This document shows positions 25,101-35,751 of a DNA stretch of 64,000 bases, one piece after another. This DNA is from Ophelia neglecta (Eukaryota). The notes beneath the pieces were generated by a model, which searched no databases, was not told the DNA's origin, and was given only the letters and a program-made list of their open reading frames with translations. The translations under genes were made by a program, and so were the position numbers. How positions within the stretch are numbered: the first letter of the stretch is position 1; each line of letters begins with the position of its first letter. The stretch is taken from NCBI GenBank assembly GCA_965285935.1, contig OZ260662.1:99138001-99202000 (forward strand). Reading direction: 5' to 3'.

Positions 25101-28100
25101 ACTGGCCAGCTGGGCATTATAATATGCTCATCCGGGCCTCTCAGTTTAACCGACCAATGACATTTAACACACTGACTTACCCTTCAACATGAACAAATTA
25201 TAGATAAATCTTTGGCTCGTTAGTAAACGTTTTGGAAGAGAGAATATGCAATCAGTCCTTTGTTGTCATGGAAGCAGGGCAGATATTGTGTTTCTGTGTG
25301 TAAAAAATACCGTATTTTTATTGTCTGAATATAATTTTTACTCTTCGTTTTGGCTATGACTTATGGTTGTAAAAATATTACTTAGGCCTTTAGCGTTTTA
25401 ATAGTCTACAACACTTTTGTTACCTAAATCGTAACCTTTGGAACAAGCATACAGTTGAAACCTATACACGTGCAGTTTTATCGCCAGATACAAAACTTAG
25501 TCTTTTCTTACTATCTTAACAAGTATATTATAAATTGATATAATTTCTGATTAAAATATCACTGTAACCTAAGACCTTATTTAACATTTTTTGATGGAAA
25601 TTATGCTCATCTTTAACTTTTGCAAATGATAAAAATATTTGTTATGAATGTATTTGCTATGGTAACGAACATCCAAATACTCAGATGAGAGCCTACATAC
25701 AATCCCTTGTTTCTGAAAATGCAAACGATATAAATATATGTAGCTTTCAAATGATATACATCACTAAAGCTGTGCCCAAATAATTATCTAAGAAGTAAAC
25801 ATTCCGCTGAAGCCTCTTCTCATAGAATCTTGTCTCCACATGCAACATATTGTATTCTATTGGTTATTGAACAAGCTGACTTTAGTTATGCCAGTCTTCT
25901 CAAAAATCTCGAGGCAAGCTATCCTAGAATAACTAATAGGTTAATTATACTGATTAGGAATATTTTCCACCAATTTGTCAGTTATTAGATTCTGGTTCCC
26001 ATGCCAAAGATCTCATTATATTTAGAGTGCTTTTACCGAACCAGTAATCTATAATATTTTAATTTTGCAATTAATAATTTGTAAATTTATTAATCAATAG
26101 AACGCAAGTTAAACAAATAGGCATTTGTTTTTGCTATGGCGACGAGGATATCGTTTTTAATTCCTATGATCATAAGCCATTTATTTTTAGCGCAATGTTG
26201 ACTATTAATTTTCATATTCATACTAGGTATAGCATATTGTTAAAAAGGTTGTTATGTGGGTCTAGACTTTTCCAATTATAGGCAATATTTCAATCTTATT
26301 GATGCACGTACCAAATGTACATGGCATTTAAGCCATAACCATACCTTTTGGATGTAATACTTTTTTGGATGCTATGAAATGGCTTGTTCGACCTTTTAAT
26401 ATATATAATTTGTTCACTATAACTAAGATTTTATGGGTTATTAATGTTGTTGATATATCCAACTGTGCAGTTTCAAACTGTAGAGTATGTGTTCAGGTAA
26501 TTAATTGTGGGCTTGCTAATATGTTCACTTCTGCAATAAAAGTGCCGTTCGTAAAAATGGAAGAAAATATTATTTGAGCAGGTGAGCCGGATATGGTTTT
26601 CATGAAACGTACGTGTAATTTCGTATCAAATATCACATGGTATCATTGAATTATCTCAAGTTATCACAACCTCATTAGTATAATATGTATTAAATAGAAT
26701 ATGGAAATATCAGTCCGAATCAACTGGTTTAAAATGACGGAACTATACGATTGATAACAGAAGTCCTTTCTGATTGACCCTATCTAGCGAAAGGAAAGGA
26801 AAGTGGGCAAATGTTCTAGCGTCATACTTCCATAGGGTAGCAAGTTTCACAATGAAATTTTGTGTTTGCGTATATTCTAAGGCGTATATTAATGTTTGAT
26901 ACAAATAGAGAATATGTTGGAATTGTATTGAACAAGCTAAGATGTTTTATATAACTGGAAAGCTGAAAACCACAAACTAAAATTAATTTTAAAACTAAAT
27001 GATTAACCATATTTGTATGTATTGAATTTTTGAAAGGAAATACGTTGCGAGGGTAACCATGTAGGTTAACCCCCCCCCCCCCCCCCCGAAGCTTACCATC
27101 TTGAGCGTCATATTTGTGTCAACAAATCAGCAGGTATCGGAGGTTGGCGCTAATTGGCCTGTTCTACCAATGACGTAATAATGTAATAACGGCAATAGAA
27201 CTCGGATTCTCCTATTATTTAAGGTTGGTTGTAAAATGGCCCTGAAACCTTGTCAATACATGTAGTACGCCTAAAATGAGGCGTTTGTTAATCGAATCTA
27301 TACACGAGCTCACCTCCAGTGGTAGTGCTATGATCCCTTGTCTTGGTACTGGTAAGCCCTGATAACGGTGTAGTGATTGCATCGGTAGTCGATGTGGAGG
27401 TGGAAGTGGCTGTCGTTGAAGTAGTAGGATTTGCTGTCGTTGTAGTGGTAGTAGTTGATATCGGTGTGGTGGTAGGTTTGATTGTTGTTGTGGTAGGATC
27501 TGCTGTCGTTGTAGTGGTAGTAGTTGATATTGTTGTAGAGGTAGGTTTTGCTGTCGTTGTAGTGGTAATAGTGGCTGTCGATGTGGTTGTAGATGGTTCT
27601 GTCGTTGTGATGGTCGTTAATGCTTTCGTTGTAGTAGTAGTTGGTTCTGTCGTTGTAGTAGTAGTTGGTTCTGTCGTTGTAGTAGTAGTTGGTTCAGTCG
27701 TTGTAGTAGTAGTTGGTTCTGTCGTTGTAGTAGTAGTTGGTTCTGTCGTTGTAGTGGTAGTTGGTTCTGTCATTGTACTGGTATTTGGTGCTTTTGCTGT
27801 AGTGGTAGTTGGTACTGTCGTTGAAGTGGTAGGTATGGCTGTTGTTGTTGCAGTTGGTAGTGTGGTTATAGTAGTATTTGGTACTATCGTTGTAGTGGTA
27901 GGTATGGCTGTTGCTGTAGTGGTAGTTGGTGAGGTCGCTTTAGTAGTAGTAATTGCTCCGGTTATTGAGGTAGTGGTAGCTGTAGTGGTAGCTTGTGCAG
28001 TCGTTGTAGGGATAGTTAGTTCTGGTTTTATAGTTGCAGTTGGTTCTTTCATCGTAGTGGTGTATTGTTCTGTCTTCATCATGGTAGGTGGTGTTTTCGG

Positions 28101-29723
28101 CGTTGTGGTGGGTGGTGCTTTCGTTGTAGTGCTGGTGTTTGCTGTCGTTGTTGTGCTAGTGGGGGCAGTCTTTGTAGTGGTACCATGTGCTGTCGTTGTA
28201 GTGGTCGTGGGTGCTGACGTTGTAGTAGTATGGTCTGCTCTCCTGACTGGATCGCGTATTCGGCCTCTACCAAACTGTTCACGCATTCGTCCCGATGTCG
28301 CTGACCATTGAATTATCTGACGAACGATGGCTATAAGATTGCTAACAAATTCCAAGTCATTCCTTTTTAGACCAGAAATTATGAATGTAATCCGGTATAT
28401 GACGATGATACTGCCTTCGCTAAATAAGATAAAAAAAAGTATTGTTGTATCTATTCAAATATCTTATCTTCTGCCAATAAACTTTAAGACCAAGAAAAAA
28501 CTTAGTTTGGAAATAAAAAACAGCCAATACCTGAAACTTATCACGTGACATCCACCATAATCCAGTGTACTGTTGGCACTGAATGATAGTTCCATCTAAC
28601 ACAAAACGGGTAGTAATATTAAATAGTACTATGGGTAATCGTGGAATTCGTTTTAATGCATCTAAGTCATTGTCTCCTGCTATACCTACTTCTAAATTTA
28701 TTAGTGTGATTACTGATGTCAACCAATACCAGCGGCTGTAAGTGTGCTATCGGATTCTTTAATATGTATGTATATCTTGCATTTCTAACCTTTCATTTTT
28801 TTTCGGACATGTTTTCACCGCCGTTCAAGGACTATAGCTTAAATGTTTTCTTTCTTACCTCCTTGCAAAATCGTTCTTGGAGACTTTTAAAGTCGGCTGA
28901 TTTCATATCCGCGTATTGACTCCGAAAAGGTTGATCCAGCAGTTCCATTTCTCCAACCACTGTGAAGAGAAATGATAAAGATAATAAACCTTTAGTCCGT
29001 CATTCATTTCAAGGCAATGCACACAACTTTATAAATCGAGGTGATTAATTATATCAAACTCACGATTCAGCACACTGTTTGTCTCTGCAAAAAGAATAAA
29101 CATGTGATTTAGAGAATCATTCAATTTATTTGTCATTTAGGAGAATAATATAACTTCTTGTAACATTATCAACGGTATGTGTCTAAACTACATTAAAATC
29201 TAATCGAGAAGTGGCGGCAAGTTCACGAGTAATTCTGACAATTCGTAAAGGAAGATACTTAAATAATCGGACCTTTAAAATGCAAATGCCATATAAGCAC
29301 ACCAATTCCAGCTAAAAACAAAACAATTGTTGCTAATGAGAAGAAGAAGATTTTCCTCGGCATGACAGACATCCTGCGGTTTCTTTTTTCTGGATCCCGT
29401 TCAAAACGTTTTCTTCGCGTCTGTTTTTACCCCGATTAAGTCTTTCAAACCGCTGGTTAGGGTATGTATCGTAGGTGGGAAGATAATGGTAAGGCATGTG
29501 CGGATGATAGGCAGGAGCAATAACCGGCGGCATGACGTAAGGTGGTGGTGCAGGCTCGGAACCGACCGAGTCACTCTGAAAACGTATGTTCCACAAATAT
29601 TGACACTTTCTACCTTAGGGATAAAATGTGTCGTAAAATATCCACTGCCGTGTTATTTTTTCCTTACAAAGTTTATGAAACATAGCTGAAACGATGTTTT
29701 TGGGGCTTTATGTCCAGGTATGT

Positions 29724-29765
<42 letters not shown>

Positions 29766-29892
29766 AAAATAATTTCCGTTTTATATACATACCTGACTGT
29801 TGTTGACATCATGCCATTGCCACGAACGCAAAGTGTCGGACTCCATATTCGCTCCATATTCGTGTCGGACTCCATATTCGCTTTCCATAGGG
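18981..29892 (-). CDS. Gene B: SEA-mucin with 8 EGF and 3 CBM14 domains; 5' exons frameshifted (pseudogene or tail-less isoform from ATG 29372, 998 aa)
   Basis: Exons 29793-29892, 29273-29575, 29064-29084, 28859-28959, 28531-28595, 27314-28419, 24806-24919, 23759-23887, 23302-23523, 23060-23176, 22819-22935, 21725-21853, 21283-21480, 20917-21033, 20472-20585, 19312-19443, 18981-19195; open from 29372 to stop (2997 nt). Confidence 0.8.
19312..19443 (-). CDS. Gene B 8-Cys EGF exon
   Basis: [23 protein letters not shown]; phase 1-1. Confidence 0.85.
20472..20585 (-). CDS. Gene B EGF exon
   Basis: [34 protein letters not shown]; 114 nt. Confidence 0.85.
20917..21033 (-). CDS. Gene B EGF exon
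   Basis: [34 protein letters not shown]; 117 nt. Confidence 0.85.
21283..21480 (-). CDS. Gene B CBM14 exon
   Basis: [28 protein letters not shown]; 198 nt. Confidence 0.85.
21725..21853 (-). CDS. Gene B 8-Cys EGF exon
   Basis: [31 protein letters not shown]; 129 nt. Confidence 0.85.
22819..22935 (-). CDS. Gene B EGF exon
   Basis: [35 protein letters not shown]; 117 nt. Confidence 0.85.
23060..23176 (-). CDS. Gene B EGF exon
   Basis: [34 protein letters not shown]; 117 nt. Confidence 0.85.
23302..23523 (-). CDS. Gene B CBM14 exon
   Basis: [18 protein letters not shown]..; 222 nt. Confidence 0.8.
23759..23887 (-). CDS. Gene B calcium-binding-type 8-Cys EGF exon
   Basis: [38 protein letters not shown]. 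Confidence 0.88.
24806..24919 (-). CDS. Gene B EGF exon
   Basis: [34 protein letters not shown]; 114 nt. Confidence 0.85.
27314..28419 (-). CDS. Gene B exon: SEA C-half ([10 protein letters not shown]) plus Thr-rich mucin
   Basis: TTTTTEPT repeats; phase 2 to 1. Confidence 0.9.
28531..28959 (-). CDS. Gene B SEA exons 28859-28959 and 28531-28595
   Basis: [33 protein letters not shown] and [21 protein letters not shown]. Confidence 0.85.
29273..29575 (-). CDS. Gene B tail/TM exon with a 1-nt deletion
   Basis: 303 nt versus 304 nt in C; TTGAA-CGG versus TTGAAGCGG; TM intact in the shifted frame. Confidence 0.8.
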
Positions 29893-30903
29893 CTACGCGA
29901 ATGTAATTAAAAATGGAAGAACATTTGTTATAATGATAAATCGTACAATAATTCCAATTCGTTTTCAAAGAGTTTTACTGACATAAGATAACAAAATTGT
30001 CTGTGACAATGATGGTATGACAGTAGGTACCGTATACACTTTTATTCAATCTACACGAAGAAAGTCACGGAACAGTGCAAAAGTACATATAAGCTTTAAT
30101 CATATGCACATTGACGAGTAACTTTATCATGGATTTGGAAACCTATACAAACGTTTAATTAAATCAGGGCGGCAACTTGTTATCCACAAGTAACAGGTGC
30201 AGAATTATAGCCATTAAAGATACAACTTGCTAACATTTAAAGAGATACTTCTTTAAAACGTTAAAAGACAACGATTTTTATACCACATTATCCGTCATTC
30301 TTAAAAGTATAATTTTAAAAAAAAACTAATTTGGCAAAATGTGCTTCGCATTTTTACCACGGGCCCTCGATTTTATATAGTTGAGACGCCCATGTTGGGT
30401 GTTTGATGGTAGATCATGCAGAAAAGACATGTGTGAATTTATTAACTACGCCATTAACAATGCACAAATCTTTAACCAAACAGTTCGAATGGGCTCTAGC
30501 AATATACCTACCACATATGAAATTATGATAAAACAACTGGGTCCTATTTGAGTTTATTTGACCCATGTGTGACAATAAAAGTAATGTTCAGAACTGATTT
30601 GCTTGGCTTATATGGGGATTTAATACATCTGTCGAAGCGAAAATACCAAACAACTAGGAGCACTATTACTACGTACTACGAGGCTCGTGGCTTAACTGGT
30701 AGTAGTAGTAGTAGTAGTTTATTTCTCCTCAACTTAATGAGAGCATACAAAATACAAAAGCTAATCAACAAAACATATTGAGACAAAATAAATACTCACT
30801 AGTAACCTTCCGACTATACCAAACTGTGATTCATATATTCAATTTCTTACATATCAATTTACCGACAAAGACGTGTAACATTTAAAATTATTTGAATTTA
30901 AAA

Positions 30904-33900
30904 TTATAAGAATTCAAACTTATATAAGCACTTTGCGAATGGTCCGAATGACTGTATTACATGTTCGACAAAACCTAGGTGAAATTCATCCCCGATGCCC
31001 AAACAGTATTTGACGAACGTATAAGTTTCTAAGTTAAAAAGGAACACCGATTCTGAAACCTCCAATATATCAAATATAACTTCCCAAAACAAGTCTCTAG
31101 TGTCACGAAGTTCCCTGCAGCCATAATCTGAGAGTAAATGGCTATATGGACATACAACAGTTTCTTGACACAAAACACAAGTGACACGTAATGCCGAATT
31201 ATACAACGCCAGAAGACTCGCTAAATTAACACAATTGTTCTTTAGGCAAACATTTTTTTTCGACATTGTGTACAAGGGAAATTGGTGTAACTTTTCGTAC
31301 ACATCACAAAACAAGTGACAATCAGGTTTTAATGACAGGGAATCTTTAGTCCGGTTCAGCTCGTGTGTTTCAATGGCCTTCTGATTTAGTAGGACAAGCA
31401 CTTGACCGGAGTATAGTATAATAGTTACTGAGGTCATATTTGGACAAAATTCGTATTATTTCCGGTATAAAACCCTTTTGATTACTGCTAGACCTTTCTT
31501 CACAATCGTTAATTCTACATTCAAACATATGCTTTGCTATATGTCTGCACGAAGGTAACAGGCTAAGTTTATAAAAAAAACAGTAATTTCTTTTCATCTA
31601 TAGTACTTTCTAAAGAATACCAGCCGAGGGCTCCCAAAGCGAGTTCATTATGTGTTCGTTGGATAAATCCCTGGATATATTTAGCCGCGTACCTCTGCAT
31701 GATTTCCAGCTGGTTAATTTCTGTGAGATTAAGTTGACACCACAGTTCAGACCCGTGTAAAACAGAAGGGAGGCAAATTTGTTTCCAAAGATTTTTGCTG
31801 AAGTAAGGGGGTTAAGGCCCTTAGCAGTTACACCTACTCCAGCCATACCGGCGAGCTGACGTCTACCCTTTTGGCACGAGCGATTGGTGCGCTCTGATGA
31901 CTTAAGATCAACAGATAACAAAATCCCAACATGGTTTTCTTCGAAGTTTTCTGAAATCTGCCTATCGCACAGCCACCATTTTCGCCATAAAACATTTTTC
32001 TCATGTTGCTGTCTGGTCTCGCCAGAAATCAGAACTTTGCTTTTGGATGTGGAAAATTTCATCCTCCACCTCCGTGCATATTGGCCCGCGGCAGTAAGCA
32101 TAGCTTGTAGCCCGTTACGAGTTGGGGACAATAGCGTACTGTCGTCGGCCAATGTAGGGCTACCCAGATCCTCACCAAATAGCACTAGGCCCGCCTGGGT
32201 GTCAGCTATACACTGGTGAAAATCAGAGTACGCAACGGCATGTAACAAAGTGGACATAATTCCTCCCTGCTTAATGCTTCTGCTAATGTCAAAAGTTTCT
32301 GACAAAGACCCATTAAGCATGACTTTCATTTTGGAACCAAACAACCATTCCCTAAACAGCTTCCAGAGACGCCCCTTAACTCCGAGGTTATGCAATTTGA
32401 GGAGGAGTGCGTCCCACCAGACCCTATCAAATGCCTTTTCCGCGTCCAAGAAAGCCGCGTATACCTTGCTTCCGCCTTCAACAAAGTGAAATATAGACTC
32501 CTGCACGGTGAAAGACAGTAAAATATTGCTTGACCCAGACTTACTGTGTTGAAGCAAATCGGGAAAACCTATATCTAGTAGCCAAGGCCTTAGCCTCCTC
32601 GCAATTATCTTTTCAAACAATTTATTGATCACGGGCATCAATGTAACTCCTCTATAAGAATCTTTGTTATTTTTCGGTTTCTTTTTACCCTTGTGCAAAG
32701 GAATGAGGACGCCAGTCTTCAGAGAAGGGGGGATATGAACTTCGCTCACCATGCGGTTAAAAAGTGAGGCAAGCAATTCATAAATAGCACTACCTCCATA
32801 CTTCAGATGTTCGTATGTAACACCATCTAACCCTGGCGCTTTGTTGTTGGGAAGTGACCTGGCCACTTCGCACACCTCCTCTTTTGTAATTGGGTCGTTT
32901 AATACCTTAGGGTCGTCTTGTTCAAAATTTATATTCTCGGCGATAGCGCCGACTTTTGAGGTAACCTGCTCAGCAAACTCGTTATCATAATCGAAATATT
33001 CGTCAGGTTGCTCGTTGAGAAGTTCGGAAAGTGTTTGCGCCAAAAGTTTAAAAGATCTGTAGGCGTTGAATAAATGTTTTTATCGTCTCTAATGACATGA
33101 AAAGGCTCCTGTGTTGACCGACGACTACGTACAAAACGCCAGAAGGAATTCAAATCGTAATCACCTTCGGCTCTATCCATGCGCTGTTCTTCGCGCGCTT
33201 TAATTTTTTGATATTGTTTTATCCGAAATCTAGTTTTTGCCGCCTTATAATTACGATATGATGGATATTGCATCCCCTTTGGTGACCCATCTTCTTTCCA
33301 TGTTTCTCGTTTTATCTTTTGGGCTTGGTGGGCCTCATCTAAATCTTTGTCCCAGTAATGTTTTTGATACGGTTTGATTTCTGAAACGGGTATAATTTGT
33401 TCTGCCGCTTCACACATCATTTGAATGAGTGACTCACACATATCATTAGTACTCATATTTACATTAAATATATCAAAACCTCCGGACTTCTAATTGAGAG
33501 CAACTGCATATGCAATCTTGTCACCATTTCGCCAATTAAGATTAGGTCTGTATATGGGAGCATAAGTCTTTATCGGAAAGCATATTCTACAGTTAACCGG
33601 CAAGTGGTCTGACGTGTTAAGGGTATATTCCAAGGTTACAGAACAAGTTAAGATTTCTGTTTCACTATCATAAGGTACACATATGTGATCTATCTGACTC
33701 GGACAACCCTCGCCATGGGGAATATGTGTCCAGTCAGGACCTGAACATTGACTTGAACACATCATAGATTTCATATTTAGACGACTTAATGTTCTATTTA
33801 CCATGGCGCCGCGCCTCGAAGCAGGATTTCTGCCTCTCAGTCCAGCGACACTACCCAACTGGGCATTAAAATCACCACCAAAAATTACTAACCCAAACTG

Positions 33901-34338
33901 ATTATAATACTCAAATATATCTTCCATTATATTCAGACAAGCTATGTATTCCTCGTCTAGTTGATTACTACTAGGTAAGTACACACTGAACATATATATA
34001 TATTCTTTTCTTTCAGGGCTAAATATTTCTATACCTATTATACGATCATTACCACATTCTTGTAACCGACATACAGAGTAACCCAGTGACTTGCGCCATA
34101 GAATGGCGACACCCCCAGCTTTACCATGTTTCAGTGTTTTCATTCGGTCATCAGTTTTTGCGTAACAGTCAAACTCTTTGTTAATAGTATTCAGAAAGTG
34201 AACATTATCTGCCTTCAGATGGTGTTCTTGTAAACACAAACAGTCAGTTATGCTAAGCAGAGTCCATATATAAGCTGCTGATGCCATGGCACCCCAGCAG
34301 TTGTACGATGTAACTCTTATATCAGATGAGGTGTCCAT
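30904..34338 (-). pseudogene. LINE ORF2 (EN-RT) broken by a stop and frameshifts
   Basis: Pieces 33490-34338, 32929-33456, 31610-33043, 31370-31597, 30904-31437. Confidence 0.88.
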
Positions 34339-34356
34339 TATTAGTTTATATTCGTA

Positions 34357-35751
34357 CTAGTCCTGACTTCTATACTCCCAGTCACGTACGTTAATTCCTG
34401 TTGGCCAAAATTCAGGGTCAGCCACTCGGGCGATGTCTTCCGCATTGACATTCACCTTGAATGACAAATACCTTCCGGACTGTCTGAGGGCCACACAGTG
34501 AGTAACTCTGATATCTGCGTCTCTGAGATACTCTTTAAGTATCTTCTCAGTGTGCTCCCGAGAACCTTTAACTCTGACACTGCCAACGTAAAGCGCTTTA
34601 GAGCGAGGTTTACGGGTCACAGTACGAAAGCCCTCCAGTGTGTCGTCTCTGACCGTTATTGTTAAGTTGTCCCTCTCTGTGTGCTCCTCGTCCCCGGGGA
34701 TATCCCACGCGCTGACTTGGGACTCGGGACTTCCTGGCTTGTTGGGGTCTGGTGCTGTATCATCCTGTTTGCCGGAAGCGGACTTGCTTTTGTCCGCCGC
34801 GGTTATGATCAGAGACGTACGTTGGCCTGATACTCCCGCAAATCTCTCAGTCATTTGCGGCGCGGTATCGACGGCCATAGATTGGTTATTCTCTCTGTCA
34901 GGCATAGTGGATACCACGACGGGGTTTGTGTCACGATTTTCCTCATTCGACGTGGGATGCTCTGTTATATTTCGTTTGACTATCTGAGAAAATGTTTCGG
35001 CAGTTACCGGCCCATCTGAGGATTTAAAACTCTCAAGAGAGGAAGGGGGCGGTTTTACCTTCTCAACAAACAAAATGTGTAATATTCCATTAACAGAGTC
35101 GTGCAACAATTTGACAGTTTCAGCATGCTTGTCTTGTTCACATAGTCTACGTTTCTCTATCTCATTAAAGTCCGTTCTCATTTGATTCATTTCCTCCCTT
35201 ACAACAGCGGCAGTAACAGTCAGAGATCTATTTTCTGCTCTTAAGTCTGCGTTCTCACGAACCAACATGACTGTTTGTTTTTGAAGCTCCTTGTTGAATT
35301 TAAATAACTCACCATAAAAGTCAGAAGATACAAGTCTTTTTTCATTTTCATCATAGAGCAAATCGTCTTGAGTTTTTTCTTCTTGATTTTCAGCTAAGGA
35401 TTTGTTATAAGCCTTGCGGGAAGAAGTGTTCATTAGCTTAGCAATGTCCATTGATCTGCCACCTTCAATATATTGAAAAAGCTGAAAAATATCGTCAGCC
35501 AATTTCTCTAATACCGCCTGCCCTTTCCTGTTTATCAAGGTTCCTAGTGGGGTTTCGACGACGTGTGCACGGCAATAATCGTATAAAGCACCTCTGTGAT
35601 GTTTCAGGTCTGTCAACTCAAACGTGCTTGAAAGAGATTGGACGAACCTTTCTCTATTCAGCAATCCATATTTTTGTTTAATAATGTCATAAATTTCAGC
35701 TTCTGTTTGAGTCGCTTCATGCTGTTCGTCTTCGCTTGATAATGACGCCAT
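34357..35751 (-). CDS. LINE ORF1 (coiled coil plus C-terminal RRM-like domain)
   Basis: Open from MASLSSEDE; ends ALYVGSV...FWPTGINVRDWE. Confidence 0.8.
   Translation of the reverse strand: MASLSSEDEQHEATQTEAEIYDIIKQKYGLLNRERFVQSLSSTFELTDLKHHRGALYDYCRAHVVETPLGTLINRKGQAVLEKLADDIFQLFQYIEGGRSMDIAKLMNTSSRKAYNKSLAENQEEKTQDDLLYDENEKRLVSSDFYGELFKFNKELQKQTVMLVRENADLRAENRSLTVTAAVVREEMNQMRTDFNEIEKRRLCEQDKHAETVKLLHDSVNGILHILFVEKVKPPPSSLESFKSSDGPVTAETFSQIVKRNITEHPTSNEENRDTNPVVVSTMPDRENNQSMAVDTAPQMTERFAGVSGQRTSLIITAADKSKSASGKQDDTAPDPNKPGSPESQVSAWDIPGDEEHTERDNLTITVRDDTLEGFRTVTRKPRSKALYVGSVRVKGSREHTEKILKEYLRDADIRVTHCVALRQSGRYLSFKVNVNAEDIARVADPEFWPTGINVRDWEYRSQD

Noticed and set aside
27343-28311. Poly-Val plus-strand ORF
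   Set aside because: Antisense of Thr codons in the gene B mucin exon
28420-28919. ORF-track proteins duplicated at 58293-58743
   Set aside because: They run through introns; the similarity reflects the segmental duplication, and the real SEA exons use other frames
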